Source: Sarea resinae (taxonomy: Eukaryota). Taken from it: a stretch of DNA of 64,000 nt. Both the position numbers and the translations under genes were made by a program. Numbering within the stretch: position 1 is the stretch's first letter; each line of letters starts with the position of its first letter. Below are positions 36,767 through 48,627 of this stretch, in pieces. The notes beneath the pieces were generated by a model. It saw only the letters and a program-made list of their open reading frames with translations. It was not told the DNA's origin and did not search any database. The stretch covers positions 1 to 64,000 of the forward strand of contig JAPEUD010000034.1 of the NCBI GenBank assembly GCA_026026165.1, in the 5' to 3' direction.

Positions 36767-37500
36767 TCATTTCTCCGGCGCGTCGGGCAGGCGCTCGATG
36801 ACATATTTGCCCCTGGCGACACTCATGATGGGCACACCGGGCACCTTCCTGATGCGCCTCTTCAGATCCCTATCGTTCGTCGCGACAATGTAGACCTTGT
36901 GCTTCATGACGCGATCCACGATGCAGTCGTCCGCATAGACGCCCTTATGGTCGCATTTGATGCGCTCCCAGCGCTCGTCGCGGGCGATCCGCAGCGCGAT
37001 GCGGTATTTGGGACCGAGTTTCTCCAGCTCCGCCATGACGCAGTCGGTGATTATGGGCGTGCATTTGGCGTACAGGCAGTCCATCATCGCCGGGAGCATC
37101 TCGAGCTTTCGTTGGACGGTGTGCGAGAGGAAATTGGTGTCGACGAGGACGGAGTAGGGTGGGACGAGGGCGGTGTTGTACTGGAAGAAGAGGGAGGAGG
37201 ATACTTGGGGTCTGGACGGTAATGAGTTAGCGGGCGTGCTTCCTTCTTACCACTTTGGTTGGGGAGGACAGGAGAGGAGATGGCATACATTTCGCGGACA
37301 ACGTCATCTTTCTCCTTCTTCTTGCCGATGATCTCGCCTTGGTCTTGGTTTTTCTTCCTGCGTGGCTGTTAGCTCCCTTGGCCTCGTGCATGTTTCTTTG
37401 GTGTGGAGGAGAGGTTCTGGGCGGCGTACAATCGACTGTCGCGCTGGCCGATGATTCTCTTGACCTGCGCGAACTTCCTCGTCCGCTTCTGGACGCCCAT
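36767..37500 (-). CDS. FCF1: PIN-domain rRNA endonuclease Fcf1/Utp24 (two introns)
   Basis: MGVQKRTRKFAQVKRII...FFQYNTALVPPYSVLVDTNF...TDCVMAELEKLG...HKGVYADDC...VATNDRDLKRRIRKVPGVPIM. Confidence 0.97.
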
Positions 37501-38188
37501 GGTGCAGCTGAAGAGATGGCTTCTTCTGAGGCTGGCGGTGTTCGATCTGGACGGCGAGGTAATCCGCACTCGGCTCGTCCATGTCTCGAATCTTTATCGT
37601 TGGTGTCGCTCGGTCAACTATTTTTATGCCACTTACGTAAGCACAACCCACCAGCACGCCGTCGTAGTCTCAGGCACCGGCACGCGAAGAGAAAGAACAA
37701 AGCACAAAGGGCAAAACACCACCAACACCACCACCACCACCACCTCTTCAAATCAGAAAACCTCACCTCCTACCCCTCGTCCTCACCCCGAGTAGCCACG
37801 CCTCGTTCTGTGGCCATCTCCGACTCTCGTTCATCACCGCGTGTCGAGGCGACCCCAAGTACGACTGTACGGCTCCCCAGACCTGGACGGCGGCATTAAG
37901 CCTCGGAGTATAGGCTTACCCCTGTCCACGATCACGGCGGAATCACCCAAAAGGCCTCGAAGGAATAGTTCGCGGTCGCTGCGATCACGTTCGCTCACTA
38001 CCAGCCTTTTCTCTCACGATCGCAATCGCTCTGAGATCCGGCAGTCTATTGTGTCTTCATGGTTGCCCGGCGAGGCTAAGGGCAACACACTCGATCCCTC
38101 GGTCGGAGCACGCAATCCTCGCGACCGCCGAGGCAGCTTTCACAAAAGACAATCGCAACACGCGGAGTCTCAGGATACAAACCTCGAG

Positions 38189-39373
38189 ATGAAGTCGTTG
38201 CGAAGTCTCTCGAATCCTCACCTACTCCTTCTCCTCTCCACCCTCATATTCCTTCTCTTTGCACAAACATCCTCGGCCCAAGGCCTGCCGAACCTCAGCT
38301 CGGCCTCCGACAGTGCAGCAGCAACTACCGCCGCCGGGTCGACCGATAGCGCTGCCAAATCATCCAACAGCGCTGCTGCCACGACGGGTGCCAAATCATC
38401 CAACACAGCCGCGGCAACCTCCGGCTCAAGCACTGGAACGGACTCTGCTTCAAGCGGCGCCGCCTCGAGCACCGCCGCCAAGACCAGCTCTGGCTCCTCA
38501 GCTGCTACCACCAAGGCGTCTGCTTCCGGCTCCACAATCACCGGCCCCGCATTATCAACCACCTCAAAATCCAAGGCGGCAGTCTCCTTCCCTGGCCTGA
38601 CCGGTGCCCCTACCCTCTCGGGTGCCTTCTCTTACCCGGCTCCGTCGGTCCCTCCCACTGCCAATGCTCCGTACATGCAGCACTCGACGCTCCCCGAAGG
38701 CACCATCTTCATCTGCGTCGGTGCCATCTTAGGTGCCCTTGGTCTTGCCGTCATCGCCTGGCGCGGCCTGGTCGCCTGGTCACTCCACCGCTCCGTCAAG
38801 CGCGCTGCAATGCATCAAGGCATGGCCGACTCGAAAACCATGCTGCGCCCACCAGGAGGTGGCTTCTACTCCACCACAGCTGGATCAACGCTGTCTCTGG
38901 ACCTCCTTACAGGCACCAAGAGCCCCTCGAGCACTGCCGGTCCCAAGGGTCATACGCCGAGCGGTTCGCTCTTCTTCTCTCCTACTGCAACAGCTGGCAT
39001 GCACCAGCCCAACTCCAATCGCGCATCCACCTATCTCCCTGCGGGCTACTATGCTACCCCCGGCGCCACCTCTCCCGGCGGCGGAGGTCCGGGCACACTC
39101 AGAGACTATTCCCGCTCACGCTCTATGCTTGGCAATAACTCACCGCCGCATTCTCCCAGTCTGCCTCCTTCACGGGGCGGGGCGGTCGATGCCGGTATTG
39201 GAGGCGGCTATGCTAGAGCTCCTGGGGCGAGTACTAGTACGTTGAATCTGAGCGTGGCGCCACAAGGACGAGCTCCGAGTACGTACCTGGAGGATCTCTT
39301 TGAAAACCATCAGCTGGATGGACCTGGTGGAAGTGGAGGCCCTACTTCTCCACATGATGGTGGAAGAATCTAG
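38189..39373 (+). CDS. CSI2: Csi2-like single-pass membrane protein (signal peptide, S/T/A-rich ectodomain, TM, cytoplasmic tail)
   Basis: VPPTANAPYMQHSTLPEGTIFICVGAILG...AWSLHRSVKRA; SLFFSPTA; RAPSTYLEDLF. First ATG with signal peptide at 38189. Confidence 0.75.
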   Translation: MKSLRSLSNPHLLLLLSTLIFLLFAQTSSAQGLPNLSSASDSAAATTAAGSTDSAAKSSNSAAATTGAKSSNTAAATSGSSTGTDSASSGAASSTAAKTSSGSSAATTKASASGSTITGPALSTTSKSKAAVSFPGLTGAPTLSGAFSYPAPSVPPTANAPYMQHSTLPEGTIFICVGAILGALGLAVIAWRGLVAWSLHRSVKRAAMHQGMADSKTMLRPPGGGFYSTTAGSTLSLDLLTGTKSPSSTAGPKGHTPSGSLFFSPTATAGMHQPNSNRASTYLPAGYYATPGATSPGGGGPGTLRDYSRSRSMLGNNSPPHSPSLPPSRGGAVDAGIGGGYARAPGASTSTLNLSVAPQGRAPSTYLEDLFENHQLDGPGGSGGPTSPHDGGRI

Positions 39374-40286
39374 GCGGTCTTCGAGTGTGTGCATCATTCG
39401 TCCACTCAATACATTCGTTGGTTACACGGTTGGGCTTTTTGTTTCGTTGCCGCTTGGCTATGACGTGTGAAGTAGGAAATTGGCATTGCGTTTTGCATAC
39501 TGCATTGTATTTGTTGGCTCTCTCTCTTTCTTCTCTCTCTGTCTGGCCTAGCAGGATGGAGCTGGTCATATATGACTGGGTGGCTGTGTCCTTGCGAGAT
39601 CCGAAAATAATGCAAGTGGGAGGAACATATGGGTTGACTGCGGAGAAGAGGGCGAAGCATGAGAACGAGGGGCTTAGAGCCGTCATTTTTGCTCCCGGCG
39701 TTGATCATCTTTTCACCTGGTTTATGGCCCTTGCTGGTCCCATTCATGTTTATAATTGGCTTCATTTGCTAGCATCATTGAAAGCATCTTTGCAAAATCA
39801 GAGCGCAGTCTCTTTGTTTTGCTGCCTACCTTGAGTGATCGAAATCTTTGTAGCTGTATCAAGTAGAGAAGGGCTTGACTGCAAGGAATAAGGCAGGCTA
39901 CTTTCAGACGAGTGTCCAGGCATTTGATCAACGTTCAGCATCAGGTCTATACAATTCTGTCCATCAGTTGGGACTTTGGAAAGATGCACATAGTGTTGAC
40001 CGAGGGTCGCGATAAGACCTTGGATACACAGGGTTACCCGGGCTGAATCAACATCAAACAACGGTGATCAGGGCTAACCGAATGCTCTGAACAAGGTGCG
40101 GCATAGACACAAGAACCCCAATCTGGATGCTACTACTAGAGTATCTGGCTTCAGGAGCGGGCTCCTGACTGCAGGTGAATTGCGCATGTGCTGTGGGCAT
40201 CTCATGAAGACCAAGGACTATGCGTGCGCATGAGAGCATCTTCTACAACGCGTTTTGAGCACTTCACCCCTCCTCCTCAGCCCGCA

Positions 40287-43200
40287 ATGTCCTCCTTCAG
40301 CAAGGTTCCCGTTACTGGAGGCGCAGGACGGAAACAGGTCTTGCAGCCGCTGCGAGAAGCGGAAATGGTTTCGACCAAGGCCGCGTTACCGGCTGGTGAG
40401 TTTACTCAATGATCCTTGGAGTCTTCTGACCAGTCTAGAAATAATATCCACCATCCTCGACTATCTGCCGGTGCGCGACCTCATGCAGTTTGCCCGGGCT
40501 TCAAAGCGCATGCAAGAAATGGTCTACGATGATTCCCGGTGGGTAAAAAGACTGCAGTCCATGGGCTTCTGGAACGAAGCAGAGGCGCGAAAGAGGTTTG
40601 AATACATGATGCGGAGGAAGCATGAGGTTCAAAAGGCGAAGCAAGAGGAAGAGGTTAAAAGAGTCGGTATCGGGGTCGGCGGGGCCCAGGATCAACAATG
40701 GGGCAGTCGTGGAGGCACAAGTACTACCCTTTTCGACGCTGGTGTGGAAGAGCAGCGGCAGGCACGGACAAGTTCAGAAGCACACCGGCGGGGCAGCTTG
40801 GTGAACGGAATCGACTCATTAGCGGTCTCACTTGACCCCTCTGTCGCTGAGACCCAGCCTATTCCTCAAGACCCACTGTCGTGCCTAGGCGTTCTTGATC
40901 ATATTCGGTCGATGAGGGGCTTCGCCAGACAAGAGTATGGCAGAATATACGGTGCTTTGGGTCCTTTCTACTTTGATCTTGCGAGCTCTAAGAGCCACAA
41001 GGATCCGGTGGTATTTCGCGCATACCGCGACCCAGACCAACAGGCCAAGATGCTTGCACAACTCAAGATATTTGCCAGGAGCGATTGGGCTCAGGGATGG
41101 CATCGCCGGGAAGAAAAACTGAATTTGATGATGGGCGTCTTCGAGAATGCCGTTCTACGAGAATTCGAAAGTGGATACGAATTTGGAGATACGGATGGGC
41201 AGATGAAACGATACGCGCATGTACTTGTGACGCTCAATGGCGGACAGGCCGGGATCGAGCTTTTCATTCAGAAGCATCCGCTCATGTCGGAAAGGGACAA
41301 GCTGGGTAATCCTATGGAATGCCTAGATGATGCTCCTATAGGGGGCATATCATTGGGACCTTCACATGACTTTTTCAGCCGTCTTTCTTCGGCCATCAAT
41401 GAACAGGCGGATGTCATCGATCGGGTTTTCCCGATGTCAGTAAACGTCATGCTCCCCTTTCTCGAGCGGATTGGGGAGGATATCATTTCAGAATACGTTA
41501 CGCCACTCTTTGACGAAGCACGATCTAGGAACCTGGAGTCTTATCTGAAAGCCGTTACTGGGATATTCGAACAAAGTCTTCAATTCGCTCTCTCGCTCAA
41601 ACCCACAAAGGCGTCGGGGTCGGATTTTGTGGGTGATGTCCATCAAATTTTAGCCAACGTCTTCGAGCAGCATCTGGACCTTTATCTGCAAGACGAGCTG
41701 GAATTCTTCAGGAAGCAATCCGATACAGAAGTGAACAGCTGGGAAAAGCAGCTTTTCGAGCTCGAGGCATCAACGGAGTCATTCTTCATGTCCAACGTCA
41801 ACAGACAGGCGGACAAACGTGATTTTCTAACCTCTTTCAAGAAGGTGGTAATGATGCCAGTCAATGCGCTTCCTTCGATACCGATTTCCTCGCCATTCTC
41901 CTCTGCCAAGCCTACCGTGACTGGGGAAGCAGTGGCTGATGGCGAGCATGGTCAGCCTCAGCGAGCTTCACTACAAGTGCCTGCCAGGTCTTCGACGCCG
42001 GTTGTGCTCGATGGAAATCCTCTTAGAACGCCCACGCCACAGCATGAAGCTCCTACAACGGAGCTTGCTGCACAGGCCGCTATTATGAACTCCAGATTGG
42101 AAGGGATTCGGTCGCTTTTCAGTATCGAGGTGGCCTTGAACCTCGTGCATGGCGCCAAGGCCAGTCTGGAGAGAGCGGCCGTATTCGTCCGTCTAGGAGG
42201 CCAAAGCGGAGAAGAGGCTCGAGAACAGTGTGAAGCCATCTTCGTCCTCCTTCTCGAGATTCTCGGCTCCCGGCACATTCGGCCAGGGTTCGACAGAGCC
42301 GTCGAACATCTCTCGAAATACAATCCACGCGATGTCAGCGAGCACGACGCACCCGGCGTCGCACCCCTCGTCATGTTCCTGGAGCTTGTCAACGTCGGCG
42401 ATCTCATCCAGCAAATGGTCGACGTCTTTTACGAGCAGGAACTCATCGCCACGAAAATTACCGACCGCAACGACTTTCTCGATCCGGTTGTCAAGGAGAA
42501 AAAACGATTCGAGCAGATGCTGGACGAGCGGGTAGCCGCGGGCTTGAACAAGGGCATCGACGTGCTCATGGACGAGGTCGAGTTCATCTGCGCCACGACG
42601 CAAGCCACGACGGATTTCAACCCGGAGTCTGCCGCTGTCGTCGCCGGGGCTCCTATGGGCGCGGGTACGGCGGGGGCGATGGCGGCCGCAGGACAGGTGC
42701 AGGATATCGGGCCCACGCGGACGGCGAGACAAGTGGTTGAGCTTGTGTCGTCGCATACGAAGATGCTGGTCGGTAGTACGGATAAGAACATGCTCGATGT
42801 CTTTAACCAGGAGGTTGGACTGCGGCTGTTTACGGCGTTGTGTAAGCATCTCAAACGACAGCGTATCAGCGTCGAGGGGGCCATCAAGCTGATCAGGTGA
42901 GTCGATGATATTGATACTGTTCATCTCAATCTACCACCCTTTGCCCGACCTCCAGACCCCGTAATTTTCTATCGTTGATCTACTAGCTATGTATCTCCCA
43001 TCATCACATTATCCACACACACACACACACCTCAGGCATACTCAAGAAGCTAACGATGCCCCAGCGACACGAACCACTACTACCTCTACATCTCGACGCT
43101 GCGCAACCCGGAACTGCTGCAGTACTTCCGGGCGCTGCGCGAGCTGGCGCAGATCTACCTGGTGGGGCCGACGCACGCCAAGGAGCTCGCGGCCATCATC

Positions 43201-43335
43201 GCCGACGTCGATCGCTTCTCCGGCATCTTTCGCGCCGAGGAGGTCTACGAGTTTGCCGAGCGCCGGGCCGACTGGTTCGTCGTCCGGCGCGATGTCGAGA
43301 GGGCCATGTATGGCATCGGCTGTCTTGTGATGTGA
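40287..43335 (+). CDS. RCY1: Recyclin-1 (F-box + Sec10-like, C-terminal CAAX); exons 40287-40395, 40439-42896, 43065-43335
   Basis: F-box LPAEIISTILDYLPVRDLMQFARASKRM across intron 1; FLELVNVGDLIQQMVDVFY; KKRFEQMLDERVAAGLNKGIDVL; ends ...RRADW...AMYGIGCLVM*. Confidence 0.93.
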
Positions 43336-43809
43336 TGTGATGTGATGTGAGGGAGGATAGTACGAGGGCCGGGGGTATATACGGGGGCGAGAAGAGGAGG
43401 GGTCATGTATGGCTGCCGTTGGATGCGGAGGTGAAGGGGATGGCAAGACACAAAGTAGAGACCATATCATGCTATAGCGAGCAAGCAAGCAAAAGAGTGT
43501 CAGGTACACACCCATATATGCTTGACCTTCTTTTGCGTAAGGTACCGTGGGTGTTTGATTCTAGAAGACGACTGATATGCTGACCGGCCATCCATCCAGC
43601 CATACATACATACTATCGTATTTGATCTACAGTTTCTTTATCTATCTGTCCATCCATCCACTCATCCATCCGCCTATCTATCTTGTTGATCCTGTGTCTA
43701 TTCTCTGTCTGTGTCTGTGTCTATGTCTTATCCGTGTCTACGATAGAAAAAGCCTGAACGACCTGGCCTGCCCTGCCCCGCCCTGCCCTGCCCTAGCCTA
43801 GCCTACGAC

Positions 43810-44864
43810 ACGCCTTACTCTAGCACACAAGCTTAAAGCAAAGTAAAGTAAAACAAAGCAAAGTAAAGCAAAGTAACACACCACCCCTTTTCCTCCTCTT
43901 CTCTCCTCTTCTCTTCTCTCTCTATTATACTCCTTATTATAAATCCTCTTTCTCTTACTCCTCTTCTTCTTCTCTAAATCTATCTCTTCTCTCTATTGTA
44001 ATTTGTGCTTCTCTTCTCTAAATCCTATATTAAACAGCCTCTCTCTTCTCTCCTTTTATCCTCTTGTTCTACTTTATACACCTCTCCTTTTGATTCTACT
44101 AATTCACTTAGAAAAACCCCTTCTCTATAGGCCTTGAAATAGAGAAGGACTAAAGATCTTTTGATATAAGGTACGAGAGATAGAGAAGGAGGTATAGTGT
44201 AGAGTAAGAAGAAGAAGAGAGAGGAGAAGAGAAGAGAGAGAGAGAGAGAGAGAGAGGCAAGAGAAAAGAAGAAAGAGGTAAGAGATAGAGAAGAAGATAG
44301 AGAATAGAGAAGAGAAAGAAAGAAGATAAAGAAGAGAGAGAGAGAGAGAGAGAGAGGCAAGAGAAAAGAAGAAAGAGAAGAGAGGTAAGAGAAGAGAGGT
44401 AAGAGAAGAGAGAAGAGAAGATAGAGAAGATAGAATAGAGATTTAAGTCAAGTAAAGTAAGTAATAAAATAAGCAAGTTAGCTAATTAGTTGACTGACTA
44501 AGAGAGAAATAAAAGAGAAGGAAGAGAGAAAGAGAAAGAGAAGAAGAAGAAGAAGAAGAAGAAGAAGAAGAAGAAGAGAAAGAAGAGAAAGACTCTATAA
44601 GATTATAAGCGAAGAGAGAGAAAAAATATATAACTTATAGCCTTGCTTTATAGACTATTATAATAAGCGCTCTACTTATAATGTATAAATAGAGTCTAAC
44701 CTACCTTACTTAAGCTACTTAACAGAGAAAAGCTAAGTTAATTCTAGTAGTCTTTTACATAGCTTATAAAGAAGAAGGTCTACCTATTCTTAACTAGATA
44801 GATCTTTTATAGAATTAGAGTATAGAAAGAAAAAGGTAAAGATTAAAGAAGATATATAGGCTTT

Positions 44865-44905
<41 letters not shown>

Positions 44906-45070
44906 TTTCTTTTCTTTCTAGATATAAGAGAGATTCTAGATTCTAGGCTCTAGGCTCTAGTTAAGTGAGACAGAGTATTTTATTAATAAGAGTATATAGA
45001 TAAAAAGGATACTAGAACTATAAGAACACTACTCTAGACACTAGACGCTAGACACTAGACACTAGACACT
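43810..45070. repeat. AT-rich, purine/pyrimidine-skewed low-complexity island with strong RIP-like signature
   Basis: CpA/TpG rare, TpA abundant; (GA)n, (GAA)n, (CTA)n at ~44866-44903, (CTAGACA)n at ~45034-45069; internal duplication of GAGAGGCAAGAGAAAAGAAGAAAGA. Confidence 0.85.
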
Positions 45071-45170
45071 GTAGAAAAACCTGTTCCTACGTGCGCTAGA
45101 AAGACTACTATAACCTAGCTCGTCTAGGCTATACCTATTTGCCTACTATAATAGTGCAGCGCTCCTTACA
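45070..45170. repeat. Dispersed ~100 bp element, copy 2 (TGTAGA...CCTTACA)
   Basis: Homologous to 10943-11037; forms the right border of the AT-rich island. Confidence 0.8.
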
Positions 45171-45915
45171 AGGTTATGAAAACAAAATAACCTTGTGAGA
45201 AGAAAAGCAGGGCGTAGACAGATCTATAGGTTGAACCTATTTACTACTATATCCAAATCCCCAAGGGAAATAAATAGACACTAAAACATCTCAAAGCAAA
45301 CAGGATAAAGGCTAGGATGCACCCTCTACACATAATGAAGCACGTCGTCTGAATGCTTGAAATGGTTCGATTTGATCTCGGCCGGTCTAGTCCTACAGAG
45401 ATCCATACTCATACTTTTCTGCTTTCAAGCACGCTGTAAACCTAGCCCCCCGCCACGACGTCTTGGAGCGTCCATCAATGAGAAGAAACACACCAAGATA
45501 GAAAATGAGAGTGATGTCGTCCGCAGCGATAGCAACATGAGCCAACGATCCATGGCAGACACTGATAAAATAAAAGAGCTCCACAATTCGATCCCTTGTG
45601 ATGATCATGCCGACTTTTCCTTTCCCAGCGCCGAAACAGTTGTTGTCGAACGGACAAACTCGACCACAAACGTCCGATAATGATACAACAAAACATTGAA
45701 ACTCCTCTCTGCACGAGTATTTGTACGCCGGGTTGGACCTTGAAAGCGCCCCTATAGCCTCCCACAGCCTCGCAACAACACCCGCCGCATCACTCAGATG
45801 CCAAATTTAGAAGCCGAGTGTAAAATAGATAAGAATGCAAGTCTGCAGAAAATAACAGTCCCTTGGATGCTACATCCTGGACGACAAAACTAGCTTTGTG
45901 AGACTGAAGCATAAA

Positions 45916-47955
45916 CTAATCATCCGACACACCAATGAACATACCGCCATCACCCTCGTCATCGGCGATATCGGCAGCTTCGCTGTATGAGGATGCATGT
46001 GAACCGGCCGAGGAAAAGACATCACTCTCCCCACGGAACGATGAGGATCCAGTCGACGGGCGATGCAAGCTGGAAAGGTTGGTACGCAATCTCTTGTGTG
46101 CATTCGTGGGCGTCTCGACATTCTCACGGCTGGAGACCATTCTATTGATCCTTCCGGGCTTGCGAGCGCGTTTTCCAGAAAGAGCTTTGGCTTGGCCTTG
46201 AGGGACCGTTTCTTGAGACTCACGAGCATTATGCTGCTGGAAGCTGGCAACAAGCGGATTGGGGGTGTATCCGTAGAGGCGTGGACCATAAATGTCTCCA
46301 TATTCCGGCGGGGCCATGGACGGAAAACACTGGGCCTGATTGAACACTTCAGGACTGAACTTCTGGCCACTCGCACCGGCCCAGGAGCGCCGGAATTGAT
46401 TACCAGTAAGTGTAGGATGGCCCATCATGGGTAGGTTTTCCTTGTCATCATTACCGCATCCGTACGAGGGAACATGTCCATAGGCTGAAGCGTTTGACAT
46501 AACGTTTGGGTTTCCTGGCGCCAAGACCCTCGGGGACGAATCCGCATACGAAGGAACAGCAAACTCGGAGCTCAGAAGATTAAGCTCGTAAGGCTGCTGA
46601 AAGCCGCCGGCAGTATGCCCACGACGCGTCATCTGAGGTCGAACATGTTGCAGCGTAGGAGGCGATTGGTGATTTACAACCCTTTCATCAAAGACATTTA
46701 TTTTACGATTCTTTGGCTGCAGTTCCCCAGCTGAGAATCCGTACTCTTCACCGGCATCAGGAGAGTACCGATGGTTGCTAATGCGCGGAAGAGTGTTGGT
46801 GTCGTCGTCAAGCATGGCCAAGGCACGTCTCGACATCCTTCCAAGCTCGGCCTTGATCTGCTTTCCACGTCGATCCCTGGCTTCGGACAGACCAATAGCG
46901 TTAATGCCTTTGGCAGTGCGCGCACCGATTCCCGGTCTCTTCTGTTGCTTGACTTCGAGGCCCTTTGGTGGTTCTCCGTCTGAAAGAATGGGGCTGCTGG
47001 GCTCAGCCGTGTCGGAGATGCGGCGTTGTTTCTTCAGAGTGCCATCGCTGTAGAAGATGAGCTCCTTGGGCTCGACCTCTGTCGAATTGAGGATCATCTG
47101 TTCCAAGACGGATTTGTCCTTCTTCTGATTCCTCTTTCTTTGCATAGCCGGAGTCGCAGAGTCGAAGATATTCATCCCAGGCCAGACGATCCCTTTCAGT
47201 TTCGCGCTGTCAGTGGGGGTGAGATTGCTCTCTTGAGCTTCAACAATGCTATCTTCACACCCATTGAGAGTTCCTTCAAGGACGAATGGTAATTCCTCCG
47301 ATCCTGCATTCAGAGACGCTGAATCCCTCTCGGACTCGGATTGATAGTTAAGATAGTCTTGGAGCTCCTCATATTCTGACAGCTCGTCGATGCTAAGCTC
47401 ACTACTGACCGCACGTGCGCCTTCAGAATCGGTATTAGAAGCATCACTTCGAGTCTCGCTCATCTCGTCAGGACCTCGGAGAGCGGACGTAGGCCACAAA
47501 CGCATACGGGGTACGAAGACTCGACGGCTAGGCGGTTCAACGGAAGGGAAAACCTTCTCTGAACTGGGGCCCTGTCCAAGTACGGCCGAGCGTGAGAGTT
47601 CTGGATCCAGTAACTCGTCGTGCTCGATCAAGAGATCTGTATGGGAGTGCTTTGAGCCGGAGTTAGATGCGGGCGTACTGGCACTGGTCCTGGCTGTTTT
47701 AGATGCCTTGGCATGTTTCTTGTCTTTGAGCACCATTCGCTTTGACAACAAGCGTTCGACACCATGTTGCTCGTACCAGCGATCGTAGCTTTCAAGCAGT
47801 TCTCTCGCCTCGGATTCTTTATTGCTGCGAACCTTGACTTTGAAGTAATGCGAGAGATGGCCTTTCGAAGCAATGTGAGTAAGCATATGAGAGACATCGC
47901 TGAACGTTGGATGCTTGGGGCAGATGCTGCAATGGAGGGGAATTGAAGCCATCAT
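45916..47955 (-). CDS. Conserved hypothetical protein with N-terminal C2H2/U1-like zinc finger (~679 aa)
   Basis: PLHCSICPKHPTFSDVSHMLTHIASKGHLSHYF; central KLKGIVWPGMNIFDSATPAMQRKRNQKKD block; long uninterrupted ORF. Confidence 0.85.
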   Translation of the reverse strand: MMASIPLHCSICPKHPTFSDVSHMLTHIASKGHLSHYFKVKVRSNKESEARELLESYDRWYEQHGVERLLSKRMVLKDKKHAKASKTARTSASTPASNSGSKHSHTDLLIEHDELLDPELSRSAVLGQGPSSEKVFPSVEPPSRRVFVPRMRLWPTSALRGPDEMSETRSDASNTDSEGARAVSSELSIDELSEYEELQDYLNYQSESERDSASLNAGSEELPFVLEGTLNGCEDSIVEAQESNLTPTDSAKLKGIVWPGMNIFDSATPAMQRKRNQKKDKSVLEQMILNSTEVEPKELIFYSDGTLKKQRRISDTAEPSSPILSDGEPPKGLEVKQQKRPGIGARTAKGINAIGLSEARDRRGKQIKAELGRMSRRALAMLDDDTNTLPRISNHRYSPDAGEEYGFSAGELQPKNRKINVFDERVVNHQSPPTLQHVRPQMTRRGHTAGGFQQPYELNLLSSEFAVPSYADSSPRVLAPGNPNVMSNASAYGHVPSYGCGNDDKENLPMMGHPTLTGNQFRRSWAGASGQKFSPEVFNQAQCFPSMAPPEYGDIYGPRLYGYTPNPLVASFQQHNARESQETVPQGQAKALSGKRARKPGRINRMVSSRENVETPTNAHKRLRTNLSSLHRPSTGSSSFRGESDVFSSAGSHASSYSEAADIADDEGDGGMFIGVSDD

Positions 47956-48627
47956 ATAGAGAGAAGTATTGATGGATGCAATCAAAGCTGCAGGGAGATC
48001 GGAAGCAACAATGAGCACGGTAACGATTGTCTCCCGCTGAAGCTATAGCAACGCCTCAGTTCTCTCTGCCTGGGTGTTGAGGATGGTGGAGAGAGGGCGA
48101 GGTGCAGACAACAACACGAAGGTCGGGAGAGGAGCTCTTGAAAGTTCTCGCTAGCTCGCGCTGTTGACATGTTTACGATTCCAATAAGAAGGGACGATCC
48201 GCACCTTCCGTATGGGAGTTCAGTCTAGCACCGCGGTGGTCGGAACCGCATTGGAGAGGCAGGCACTACGAATCGCGAGGAAGGTGCCTTCCACTAGACG
48301 CAGCTGCCGGTTGAAGATATCGACACAATGACGGAACTTCGAGAAGTCATAGCAGGAATCATGGAAGGATCAGATGAGAAGTCGTGTTTTCTTCTTATGA
48401 ATGTTCTTTGAGCGCCTTAACGTCCCTAGAGCGCGGGACTATACAGAGCACTAAAGCGGAAAAAAACGCCAAAGTTTCTTATACTCTCAACTTGTATCCC
48501 AGTATCCATTTCGAAAGCGAATGTGGGTTATTAGATGGTGAGAGATGCAATATCAACGGTGCAACATAGGCCAGATGGGACACACTGGAACATTGCTTCA
48601 ATGGAGCTGGAATGGGAGTACTGCTTG

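Noticed and set aside
37841..38188. 116-aa N-terminal extension of the CSI2-like ORF
   Set aside because: Starts at a non-ATG codon; the signal peptide follows ATG 38189.
44025..44476. Hydrophobic L/S/F-rich ORFs resembling membrane proteins
   Set aside because: Translation artefacts of GA/CT simple repeats.
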